Shown here: piece by piece, positions 1 to 8,733 of the stretch
Layout of the letters: every line of letters begins with the position of its first letter
Position numbering within the stretch: the stretch's first letter is position 1
From: an uncultured bacterium
Lineage (GTDB): Bacteria > Auribacterota > Erginobacteria > Erginobacterales > Erginobacteraceae
Reading direction: 5' to 3'
DNA: 64,000 nucleotides
NCBI GenBank assembly: GCA_963822585.1
Contig: CAWGIE010000039.1
Span: forward strand, 32,001-96,000
The notes under the pieces: model-generated
Seen by the model: the letters and a program-made list of their open reading frames with translations, nothing else
Database searches by the model: none
What the model was told of the DNA's origin: nothing
Translations under genes and position numbers: made by a program

Positions 1-412
1 CGCCGAGCGGGAAACCGATGACCGTGCAGACCTTGACCCCGGTGCGTCTCAACAATTGCGCCGAGAGCTCAACCCAGACCGGGTTGATGCAGACAGAGGC
101 GAAACAATACGTGGCCGCTTCCCGGCAGAGCTGGCGGATCTGGTCCTCAGTGGCTTCGGGCTTGAGCAAGGTATGATCGATCATCCTCGCGATCTTCGCT
201 TCCACCGGACCGATCCCGAGCTGGGTACTGAGCCGGCAAACACCGCCCGAGATCAGGCCCTCGATAAATTCCGGACGCTTGGTAACACACTGTCCGCACT
301 CCAGGCAGCTGAGGCCGCTCTCCACGCTGCAGGCCCCCGTAGCGGGGGCGCCGCCGTTCAGAACTGCCATCACTTCCCGGGTGACTCGATCAATTATTGT
401 TTGAGTGTCCAT
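1..412 (-). CDS. deoC: Deoxyribose-phosphate aldolase with N-terminal encapsulation-peptide-like extension (5' part; runs off window edge)
   Basis: Not in the ORF track. Manual minus-strand translation from ATG 412: [18 protein letters not shown]...CLECGQC...[40 protein letters not shown]...[20 protein letters not shown] and CTVIGFPLG are DeoC signatures. Confidence 0.93.
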   Translation of the reverse strand, partial: MDTQTIIDRVTREVMAVLNGGAPATGACSVESGLSCLECGQCVTKRPEFIEGLISGGVCRLSTQLGIGPVEAKIARMIDHTLLKPEATEDQIRQLCREAATYCFASVCINPVWVELSAQLLRRTGVKVCTVIGFPLG

Positions 413-554
413 AGTAAAATTTTTCTCCGAAAAAATTTTAGTTTAAGGGCTTCCTGCCGGAGAGGTGAACTCAGGGCACGATCCCCTGCTTAAAATTCGC
501 AATTTCTTCTCATGCATTATCTCTTAATTCTCTTAATTCGCGTAATTCGTAGTT

Positions 555-1136
555 CTATTTTCTTTTACGTTCGATGGCCATTATCTTGTTGACCCGGGGC
601 CAGTGGCGTCCGCCCGCGAACTCGGTGGTCAGCCAGAGAGCGACGATCTCGGCCGCCTGAGAGGGATTAAGGATCTTCCCGCCCAGGGTCAAGACATTGG
701 CGTCGTTGTGTTCGCGGCTGCTGCGGGCGGTGGTCAAATCGTAACACATGGCGGCCCTGATCCCCCGAACCTTGTTGGCGGCCATGGCCGAGGCCATCCC
801 GAGGCTGTCTATCATGATACCCCGGTCGCAATCTCCGGAGGCGACCGCGCGGGCCACTTTCTCCGCGAAATCGGGGTAATCAACAGCGGCGGTGCCGTCC
901 GTTCCCATGTCCTTCACCTTGTACCCCTTTGATTCCAGAAACCGGACCAGTCCTTCCTTCAGCGGGAAGCCGCCGTGGTCGGCCCCGATGGCGATCCGTT
1001 TCACCGTTCCTTTCTTCTCGGTGACAGTGCTCATAAGAACCTCGTTGGACGCTCCCTTGACGATCGGGGACGTCCCTTTTATCACTTCATCGACAATGCG
1101 TTCCAACCGTGTCTGATCCATCATCTTTTTACCCAC
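555..1136 (-). CDS. rpiB: Ribose-5-phosphate isomerase B with N-terminal extension
   Basis: IAIGADHGG, DYPDFA, ANKVRGIRAA, SREHNDANVL, FAGGRH motifs; extra ~45 aa N-terminus containing TRLERIVDEVIK; true start may be one of the nearby downstream Mets. Confidence 0.92.
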   Translation of the reverse strand: MGKKMMDQTRLERIVDEVIKGTSPIVKGASNEVLMSTVTEKKGTVKRIAIGADHGGFPLKEGLVRFLESKGYKVKDMGTDGTAAVDYPDFAEKVARAVASGDCDRGIMIDSLGMASAMAANKVRGIRAAMCYDLTTARSSREHNDANVLTLGGKILNPSQAAEIVALWLTTEFAGGRHWPRVNKIMAIERKRK

Positions 1137-1378
1137 ACCACTCTACTATTGTTACGGAAGTTTTGTTATTATGGACCAGGAGGAATATCAGCGTCAACAG
1201 CTTTTATTCACGCACCCTTGATAAAATGAACAACCATCTGGTAAACTGAGCGGTCTGATCCAAAGGAATACGGGAATAGCGAATAGCAAGCATGGTAATG
1301 AACAATTTCGCGCAATAGCAAGGCTGGAAATCAGGCTGTCGTCCTTTAGTTCGTCACTTCATCACTCCGTTATTAACC

Positions 1379-2785
1379 ATGTATACAAAGATAGACAACA
1401 CCATCATCCGCCGGCTGGACGATATCGTGGGGGAGGATAACCTCCTGACCGTACGGGAGCGGATGGAGGATTACGCCCACGACGAGAACACTTCTTTCTT
1501 CTCCTACCCGGACGCGGTGGTGAGGCCCGGATCGGCCGCAGAGATAGCGGAGCTGCTGAAACTGGCCAATCGGTTCACCTTTCCCCTGCTGGCCCGGGGC
1601 GGGGGTACCGGTGTCACCGGGGGAGCCGTTCCCGTCCGGGGGGGGGTGGTTATCTCTCTGGAAAGAATGAATCGCATCCTGGAGATCGACGAGGCGAATA
1701 TGATGGCGGTGGTCGAAGCCGGGATCATTACCGAGGACCTCCACAAGGCGGTGGAGGGCAAGGGCCTTTTTTATCCCCCCGACCCGGCCAGCCTCGACAG
1801 CTGCACTCTGGGCGGAAACCTGGCCACGGACGCCGGCGGACCGCGGGCGGTGAGATACGGGGTAACCCGGGATTACATCACCGGGGTGGAAGCGGTCCTC
1901 CCCGAAGGAGAAATCATCGAATACGGCGGCAAGCTGGTCAAGAACGCCACCGGATACAACCTCCTCCATCTCCTGATCGGATCGGAGGGGACCCTGGGAA
2001 TCGTCACCCGGATCACGGCCAGGCTTCTGGTCAAGCCGGGAATTCGGGTCGATCTGCTGGTCCCCTTCCCTTCCTATCGGAAAGCGGTGGAATGCGTGAG
2101 CACCCTTATCCGGCGGCGGCTGATCCCCACCGCGATCGAGTTCATGGATCAGAAATGCCTGGAGATCAGCCGGCAGGTCCTGGAGAACCCGATCCCTTTC
2201 GAGGACGCCGCCGCCCACCTCCTGATCGAGGTCGACGGGGACGATCCCGTCCGGGTGGAGAAGAAATACGAAACCATCGGCGAGATCTGCCTGGAGAGCG
2301 GGGCATCCGACATCCGGGTGGCGGATTCCCCCCGCTACCAGGAACAGATCTGGGAGACCCGGAGAAAATTGCGCGATTCGATCAAGACCGTCAGTCCCGT
2401 CAAACTGAGTCAGGACGTGGTTGTTCCCCGGATGGAGATCGCCGCCCTGCTGCAAGGAATAGACGAGATCGAGGAAAAATACGCTCTGGAAATAATCTGC
2501 TACGGGCATGCCGGGGACGGCAATGTTCATGTCAACTTTCTCAAAAGAAACCGGGAAGAAAAGCCCTGGAGGGAATCCCTGGATCAAGCCGTACCCGAAG
2601 TCTTCGCTCTCGCCGTCAAACTGGGGGGTACCATATCCGGCGAGCACGGTATCGGTATCAGCAAAAGGCACTATCTGCCCCTCGCTCTCAAGCCGGCGGC
2701 GATCGAGAGCATGCGCCGGATCAAGAGCGCCCTGGACCCGAATAATATCCTCAACCCCGATAAAATTTTTTCTCTTTCCCCATAA
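1379..2785 (+). CDS. FAD-linked oxidoreductase, GlcD/LctD (glycolate/D-lactate dehydrogenase) family
   Basis: RGGGTGVTGG, PPDPAS, GGNLATDAGG, LIGSEGTLG, GHAGDGNVH, SGEHGIG, LDPNNILNPDK motifs. Confidence 0.9.
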   Translation: MYTKIDNTIIRRLDDIVGEDNLLTVRERMEDYAHDENTSFFSYPDAVVRPGSAAEIAELLKLANRFTFPLLARGGGTGVTGGAVPVRGGVVISLERMNRILEIDEANMMAVVEAGIITEDLHKAVEGKGLFYPPDPASLDSCTLGGNLATDAGGPRAVRYGVTRDYITGVEAVLPEGEIIEYGGKLVKNATGYNLLHLLIGSEGTLGIVTRITARLLVKPGIRVDLLVPFPSYRKAVECVSTLIRRRLIPTAIEFMDQKCLEISRQVLENPIPFEDAAAHLLIEVDGDDPVRVEKKYETIGEICLESGASDIRVADSPRYQEQIWETRRKLRDSIKTVSPVKLSQDVVVPRMEIAALLQGIDEIEEKYALEIICYGHAGDGNVHVNFLKRNREEKPWRESLDQAVPEVFALAVKLGGTISGEHGIGISKRHYLPLALKPAAIESMRRIKSALDPNNILNPDKIFSLSP

Positions 2786-2911
2786 AACCACCAACGAAGA
2801 AAATTTTAACTGGAATAATCCCCATACTTTGATATAACGTATTCTGTTTTCATAATCCGGTGCCGCTCAAGCCGTGGCACCTCCACTATTTTTTCCGGAG
2901 GAAAAAATAAA

Positions 2912-3199
2912 ATGCAGCTGGCACGGGTAGTCGGGACGGTGGTCGCCTCCATAAAGGACGAGAAGATGGTGGGGGTTCCCTTCATGGTCCTCCGGGATCT
3001 GGACCTGGAGAACAAGCTGACGGGAGGATCCATTATCGCCGCCGATCCCATCGGGGTTGACTGGGGAGAAGTCGTGCTCTATTCCAAGGGAAGCTCCGCC
3101 CGACAGACCGAGATCACCCGGGACCGCCCCAACGACGCGGTCATCTGCGGCGTGGTCGATCAGTGGGAAGTTGGGGGAAAGGTAAAATATTTAAAATAG
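2912..3199 (+). CDS. BMC vertex (pentamer) protein, EutN/CcmL family
   Basis: MQLARVVGTVVASIK...AADPIGVDWGEVVL..KGSSAR...DAVICGVVD. Confidence 0.92.
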   Translation: MQLARVVGTVVASIKDEKMVGVPFMVLRDLDLENKLTGGSIIAADPIGVDWGEVVLYSKGSSARQTEITRDRPNDAVICGVVDQWEVGGKVKYLK

Positions 3200-3316
3200 C
3201 ACAACACTTCATTTAAATAACCGCGGATTAAACAGATTAAGCGGATTGGATTGATTGTAATCAGCATAATCCGCCAAATCCGCGGTTCCATAATTTGTCA
3301 GGCCGGGATCAACGCT

Positions 3317-3586
3317 ATGAATCTGGGTAAAGTCATCGGGACCGTCGTCAGCACCAGGAAGATGGACGCCTTCCAGGGGGTCAAGTTCCTGATCGTGCAG
3401 CCCCTGGACGAGAACCTCGAGACGGTCGGAGAGCCGGTGGTCGCCTGCGACAGCCAGCAGGCCGGGCCGGGCGAGATCGTGACCTTTATCGGCGGACGGG
3501 AAGCCTCGCTGCCTCTCCCGGAGCCCTTCAATCCATCGGATGCCACCATCACTGCCATTGTTGATGAAGTCTCTTTGGGGAAGTAA
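3317..3586 (+). CDS. BMC vertex (pentamer) protein, EutN/CcmL family
   Basis: MNLGKVIGTVVSTRK...VACDSQQAGPGEIV...GREA...DATITAIVD; start reassigned to ATG 3317. Confidence 0.92.
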   Translation: MNLGKVIGTVVSTRKMDAFQGVKFLIVQPLDENLETVGEPVVACDSQQAGPGEIVTFIGGREASLPLPEPFNPSDATITAIVDEVSLGK

Positions 3587-3731
3587 TCAGTGATCAGTAA
3601 TCGGCCGCTTGGATGCTCTTGATTACGGATCAGTTCAGTTAATCGGCGTAAAGAAAGCAGAAATACTCAGCCATTGTAAAATATATCAGTGCCAAAGGCG
3701 CTGATTAACAATTTTTTCCGGAGGAAAAAAT

Positions 3732-4031
3732 TTGAAGGTCGGGAAAGTCATCGGAACCGTCGTCGCGACGCTGAAACTGGAGCAGTACGCGGGCGAGAAA
3801 ATGCTTCTGGTCAGGATTCTCGATCCCGACGGAAAAGAAACTTCCGAGACACTGGTCGCCTTCGACCGCTGCCAGGCGGGGGAAGGCGACGTCGTCCTCC
3901 TGATCGACGAGGGGAACAGCGCCCGGATGGTCCTGGAGACCGGGCCGACCGGCGTGGTCCGGGCGGTCTGCGTCGGCTACGTGGACGCGGTCAACCTCTA
4001 CAAGTCCGATCCGGCTTCCTACGGCTCATAG
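3732..4031 (+). CDS. BMC vertex (pentamer) protein, EutN/CcmL family
   Basis: TTG start after GGAGG; KVIGTVVATLK...VAFDRCQAGEGDVVL..EGNSAR...VGYVD. Confidence 0.9.
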   Translation: MKVGKVIGTVVATLKLEQYAGEKMLLVRILDPDGKETSETLVAFDRCQAGEGDVVLLIDEGNSARMVLETGPTGVVRAVCVGYVDAVNLYKSDPASYGS

Positions 4032-4109
4032 TCCCCTGCCCCGTCCTTTTTCTCCAGAATCGGACGGATCAGTCGGATCCGACCGATCTTATTATTCCCC
4101 CGATTTAAA

Positions 4110-4670
4110 CTACCTGCTTCCCATTCCCCATTCCCTATTCCCCACTCCCACTTTTAATCGCTGTTTGTATTCTTTCCGTACCCGGTTGAAAAACGATATG
4201 GCGGTTTCCGTCCGGTAATCGGCGTAGGTCCATTCCCAGGAGCGATAAGAACCGTCCTGGAAGAAATAAGTGGACTGGGCGTAGATGCCTTCCCTGAGAT
4301 ACACCCGATAGGTGGCGTCCTTGGTGGTGGCGAGGACCATCTTGGAGAGGTCGACGTAGCCGGGATCGAGGTTCACCGTTCTTCTCCCCTCCTCTGACAG
4401 TTCCTCCTCGATCCGGTTGGTGGTGAGCTTGATCGCCGCCAGGTCGCCGGGCGCGATCAATTCTTTCAGCGAAACATATTGACGGAGAATACCCGGACCC
4501 ATCTCCTTTTCGTAGTAATCGGTGAAATCGAAGGGGAAGATATCGCTCTCCCGGTCGAGCGGGCCGAACCATCTCGCCAGTTCTTCCCTGCCCCGCGCCA
4601 GCCGGTCCCCGCCGACGGCCAGCAGGCCACAGATCAGCTTGACCGGATCCGTTGTCCGTATATTTCCCAT
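4110..4670 (-). CDS. Conserved hypothetical protein, DUF4416-like
   Basis: FDFTDYYEKEMG, LAAIKLTTNRIE, RTVNLDPGY, LATTKD, WTYADY pattern recognised from memory. Confidence 0.75.
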   Translation of the reverse strand: MGNIRTTDPVKLICGLLAVGGDRLARGREELARWFGPLDRESDIFPFDFTDYYEKEMGPGILRQYVSLKELIAPGDLAAIKLTTNRIEEELSEEGRRTVNLDPGYVDLSKMVLATTKDATYRVYLREGIYAQSTYFFQDGSYRSWEWTYADYRTETAISFFNRVRKEYKQRLKVGVGNREWGMGSR

Positions 4671-4714
4671 CTCATTTCAACCCGCCCAGACACGGCAGGT
4701 ATACCCCCATTCAC

Positions 4715-4743
4715 TTGACAGATATCTCCTTTTCATCTATCTT
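4715..4743 (+). promoter_or_regulatory. Putative sigma70 promoter for the 4807 gene
   Basis: TTGACA-17 bp-TATCTT. Confidence 0.5.
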
Positions 4744-4806
4744 CCATTCAGTAATGCAAGTCACTCGGACAACCTGGTTTGAATTTTTATTATATCGGAG
4801 GAGACC

Positions 4807-6993
4807 ATGAAACAATATGCTTTTTTATCCGCTCTCTTATTTCTTCTATGCCTCTCGCCCAGCTGTCTCTGGACCGCCGGCGTGTCCTTGGATTATTCCA
4901 CCTACCTGGGCGGCGCCGGGCATGACAGCTGCACGTCGATTGCCGCCGGCCAAGAAGGGGGACTTTATGTCTTCGGCTGGACCTACTCCAGCAACTTTCC
5001 GGCCGTGAATCCCTATCAATCGACTATCAATCCGGGATACCTTAGCGACGCTTTTATCACCCGTTTCTCCTCTTCCGGCTCTTTTCTTATCTTCTCCACC
5101 TATCTGGGGGGGGGAGGGGATGATTTCGGCCTCGGGGGCGCCGTGAGCGGCTCCGGGGAGGCCGTCATAACCGGTTATACAACGTCACCCGACTTTCCCA
5201 CCAAGAACCCCTATCAGGCTTCCTGGCAGGCCGGTACCATCAATGAACAAGATTCTTTCGTCAGCTTGCTCTCATCATCCGGTTCCGCGCTTGTCTTCTC
5301 CACCTACCTGGGAGGAATGAACCAGGACCAGGGACGAGACGCCGCCCTTGACTCGGCCAACCGGGTCTATGTGACCGGCACCACGTATTCTTCTGACTTC
5401 CCCACTAAAAACGCCTATCAAGCATTCTACAGAGGAGGATACGGAGATATCTTCATCAGCCGTTTCTCCCCGTCCGGTTCTTCTCTCGGTTACTCCACCT
5501 ACCTGGGCGGCAACAGTGCCGATTCGGGTTACGGGATCGATGTCGACTCTTCCGGCAGTGCCTACGTAGTGGGAGTTTCCGTCTCCTCCAACTTCCCGGT
5601 CGTCAGTGCCTATCAATCATCCTGTAGAGGCAGCTACGATGCCGTGGTCGCCAAGCTGACCCAAACCGGTGCCGGCCTCACTTTCTCCACCTTTCTGGGC
5701 GGCACGGGCTGGGAGGGCGGTTATGGTATCTCGGTGGACCGGGATCGGCGGGCCTGCGTGACCGGGGCCACCCTCTCCAACGACTTCCCCATCGTCAACC
5801 CATACCAGGCTTCCCGGAACGGGGGGAGGGATGTATTCACGGCCCGGCTGTCCAGTTCAGGGATTTCCCTTCTCTCTTCCACCTACCTGGGAGGGACGGC
5901 GGATGATGAAGCCAACGCTATCGCCGTCGATGAGGATCTCCGGATGCATCTGGCCGGTTTCACGGAATCAACCGACTTCCCGATCGTGAACCCCTACCAG
6001 TCGACTTCCGGAGGAAATAATGACGCCTTCATGGCCCTCCTCTCCTCGGACGGTTCCTCGATTTACCGTTCCACTTATCTGGGAGGAACGGGTGATGATA
6101 CCGCGACAGGAATCTGCGTGGATTCCCTGGGGCGGACCGGACTGGCCGGGGAAACCAAATCCGCGAATTTTCCCACCCGGAACGCATACCAATCAAGCGC
6201 CGGCGCCGCTATCACCGGATTTGTCAGTTCGCTGCGCGAGCTTCTCCCTCCCAACGATTTTGATGGAGACGGGACATCCGATATCGCCCTTTTCCGGGGG
6301 TCAAGCGGGCTCTGGGCAATCCGGGGGATCAGCCGGGTGTACTTCGGCCACGCCGGCGACGAGCTGATTCCCCGCGATTACAACGGTGACGCCACTACCG
6401 ATATCGCTATCTTTCGTCCCGCTGCCGGCCTCTGGGCAGTGAAGGGGGTCAGCCGGATCTACTTCGGTTCTTCTTCCGATACCCCGGTCCCCGGCGATTA
6501 CAATGGGGACGGGCAGCCGGAATTGGCCATCTTCCGTCCCGCCTCCGGCCTCTGGGCGATCCGGGGGCTGACCCGGACTTATTTCGGCGCCTCCGGCGAC
6601 ACCCCGGTCCCGGCTGACTATCTTGTCGCCGGCGTGAAATCCATCGGTATTTTCCGGGAAAGCACCGGTCTCTGGGCAATCTCTCAGTGGAGCCGGGTAT
6701 ACTTCGGAGGTTCGGGAGACATCCCTATCCCCGTGCGAGAGGGGGGTGTCAGCCCGATCCAAAAGACTGCCCGGCCCTCGATATTCCGTCCTTCGAGCGG
6801 CCTCTGGGCGCAGTGGAGCGGTCCGAGATTGTACTTTGGAAGAAGCGGAGATTTTCCCCTGCTGGGTGACTACACCGGCAGCACGGGCACTAAAATAGGA
6901 ATTTTCCGCCCCGCTTCCTCCGGCCTCTGGGCGATCCGGGAAGTTACCCGGGTCTACTACGGTTCAACCGGCGATATTCCCGTGACGAATTAA
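4807..6993 (+). CDS. Secreted SBBP beta-propeller repeat protein with C-terminal 6 x 40-aa FG-GAP-like module
   Basis: Signal peptide; repeated (Y/F)STYLGGxxxD...GxTxSxDFPxxNxYQ; C-terminal DxxGDGxxDIAIFRxxxGLWAIRGxxRxYFG repeats ending GDIPVTN. Confidence 0.85.
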   Translation: MKQYAFLSALLFLLCLSPSCLWTAGVSLDYSTYLGGAGHDSCTSIAAGQEGGLYVFGWTYSSNFPAVNPYQSTINPGYLSDAFITRFSSSGSFLIFSTYLGGGGDDFGLGGAVSGSGEAVITGYTTSPDFPTKNPYQASWQAGTINEQDSFVSLLSSSGSALVFSTYLGGMNQDQGRDAALDSANRVYVTGTTYSSDFPTKNAYQAFYRGGYGDIFISRFSPSGSSLGYSTYLGGNSADSGYGIDVDSSGSAYVVGVSVSSNFPVVSAYQSSCRGSYDAVVAKLTQTGAGLTFSTFLGGTGWEGGYGISVDRDRRACVTGATLSNDFPIVNPYQASRNGGRDVFTARLSSSGISLLSSTYLGGTADDEANAIAVDEDLRMHLAGFTESTDFPIVNPYQSTSGGNNDAFMALLSSDGSSIYRSTYLGGTGDDTATGICVDSLGRTGLAGETKSANFPTRNAYQSSAGAAITGFVSSLRELLPPNDFDGDGTSDIALFRGSSGLWAIRGISRVYFGHAGDELIPRDYNGDATTDIAIFRPAAGLWAVKGVSRIYFGSSSDTPVPGDYNGDGQPELAIFRPASGLWAIRGLTRTYFGASGDTPVPADYLVAGVKSIGIFRESTGLWAISQWSRVYFGGSGDIPIPVREGGVSPIQKTARPSIFRPSSGLWAQWSGPRLYFGRSGDFPLLGDYTGSTGTKIGIFRPASSGLWAIREVTRVYYGSTGDIPVTN

Positions 6994-7053
6994 GAAGTTT
7001 CCGGGCGGACGGGTCTACCATAGCCGTTCTTCTCCGCCCCATAAATTGACGGA

Positions 7054-8391
7054 TCAGGTCCGGGAGAGAAATCGGCCGTAGCCCCCCTCGACCAGAATGC
7101 CGGCGCCGTCCTCGTACACGGTCTTCCCCCGGACGATGGTCCGCACTACCCTTCCCCGCAGTTCCATCCCCTCGAAGGGGGTGATGTGTCCCTTGGAGAG
7201 GAACTGGCTGCCCTTCACCTTCCAGGCGAGTTCCGGGTCGATCAGGACCAGGTCGGCGTCGGTCCCGACCTCGATCGCTCCTTTTTCCGGGAAGAGACCG
7301 TAGAGACGGGCGGCATTTTCGGAGGTCACCTCAACCAGCCGGCGGAGTGAGAGGCGTCCTTTCGCGTAGCCCTCGGAGAAAAGGTAGGGAAGCAGCGTCC
7401 CGCTCCCCGGGATCCCGGCGTAATCGGTCCAGATCGATCCCGTCTCCTTCCCGGCGGCGGGACAGGGCGCGTGGTCGGAGGCGGTGAAATCGATCATCCC
7501 CCGCGCCAGGTAATCCCAGAGAAGTTCTTTATTGCCCGACATCTTGACGGGAGGGGTGGTCTTGAGGGGAGACCCGATCCGGACAAAATCATCGAGGTCA
7601 AACGCGAGGTAATGGGGCGCGGTCTCGCAGGTGGCAGGGGAAGCGGCGATCAGCTCGGCCGCCGTGGCGGTGGAGACGTGAACGATGTGAAGATCGGCGG
7701 CGGTCTCTTCCTGCAGCTCGAGGGCGGAACGGACCGCCAGTATCTCCGCCGCTTCGGGGCGGGAGTGGTAATAATAAACCGGCGTCTTCCCCTCGCCCAT
7801 GAAGAAATCGGTGGCAGCGGCGACATAACTGAGATCCTCGGCATGGAGAAGGATGGTCGCCCCGAATTCCTTCGCCTGCTCCAGGACGGAGCGGAACTGG
7901 AAATGGTTGAGGGAATGAAATACCTCCATCACCGAGATGAAGTACGTTTTAAAACCGAGTACGACCGAAGAGAGATCGCGGAAATTCCCCGGATAACCGG
8001 AAGCCATCGACTGGGGGCAGATCCCGCCGAAGAAACCATAGTCGATGACCGCCTTCTTCTCGACCACACTCAGTTTCTTCTCCAGTGCGACAAGATCAAT
8101 CACCGGGGGGATGGAGGTACAGGGCATGTCGATGACGGTGGTAATCCCGCCCGATGCCGAGCAAGAGCCGCCATGGTAAAAATCCTCCCGATCGGTGAAC
8201 CCGGGATCGTCGAAATGGACGTGGGGATCGATCCCGCCCGGAAGGATCACCAGATCCCGCGCCTCGATGATACTGTCTTCACCGGACAGTCCGGGACCGA
8301 GCTCGACGATCTTCTCCCCCTCGATCCTGATATCGATCCCGGCGAGATCTTCCCGGCCCGGGAGAGCGACCAGGCCATTTTTGATTATCAT
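7054..8391 (-). CDS. Cyclic amidohydrolase, allantoinase/dihydroorotase family
   Basis: PGGIDPHVH, GGITTVIDMP, LHIVHVS, ETAPHYL, SDHAP, GTDADLVL motifs. Confidence 0.85.
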   Translation of the reverse strand: MIIKNGLVALPGREDLAGIDIRIEGEKIVELGPGLSGEDSIIEARDLVILPGGIDPHVHFDDPGFTDREDFYHGGSCSASGGITTVIDMPCTSIPPVIDLVALEKKLSVVEKKAVIDYGFFGGICPQSMASGYPGNFRDLSSVVLGFKTYFISVMEVFHSLNHFQFRSVLEQAKEFGATILLHAEDLSYVAAATDFFMGEGKTPVYYYHSRPEAAEILAVRSALELQEETAADLHIVHVSTATAAELIAASPATCETAPHYLAFDLDDFVRIGSPLKTTPPVKMSGNKELLWDYLARGMIDFTASDHAPCPAAGKETGSIWTDYAGIPGSGTLLPYLFSEGYAKGRLSLRRLVEVTSENAARLYGLFPEKGAIEVGTDADLVLIDPELAWKVKGSQFLSKGHITPFEGMELRGRVVRTIVRGKTVYEDGAGILVEGGYGRFLSRT

Positions 8392-8733
8392 GGTTGCCTC
8401 CGGTTTAAGACAGGTAATCAGTGATCAGTAAACAGTAGGTATGCAGTTTTTCGCGCTAACTTCAGGTAACCGCGCCCTTCAGGATGAGCAAAGTTGCGCT
8501 CCGGCAAACCGGAGAGGCTACCATTTTGAGCAGCATTTATTGAAATTCCGAAACGCCGACATAACCTTTACTATTACTATGCTCAGGCAAGTAAAAAAAT
8601 CACGCACTTCACGTATTATACGAATGTATTTTAATATATCCAGGCACTATCGATTCAATGCTTGCACGATCTTATTTTTCCGGAGGAAAAATAAGAACCG
8701 ATTACTGATTACCGATCATTGATTACTGTCTTT

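Noticed and set aside
56..493. 145-aa plus-strand ORF
   Set aside because: Antisense shadow of deoC, which has clear motifs on the minus strand
1373..2794. Long antisense ORFs (also 7471-8424, 12464-13399, 35744-36847, 39985-41433, 47427-48341, 51104-52003)
   Set aside because: They mirror well-supported genes in GC-rich DNA and have no recognisable motifs
8441..8722. 93-aa ORF sharing FNA.T.LFFRRKNK with 58600-58923
   Set aside because: The similarity comes from the shared DNA repeat; no RBS or protein features
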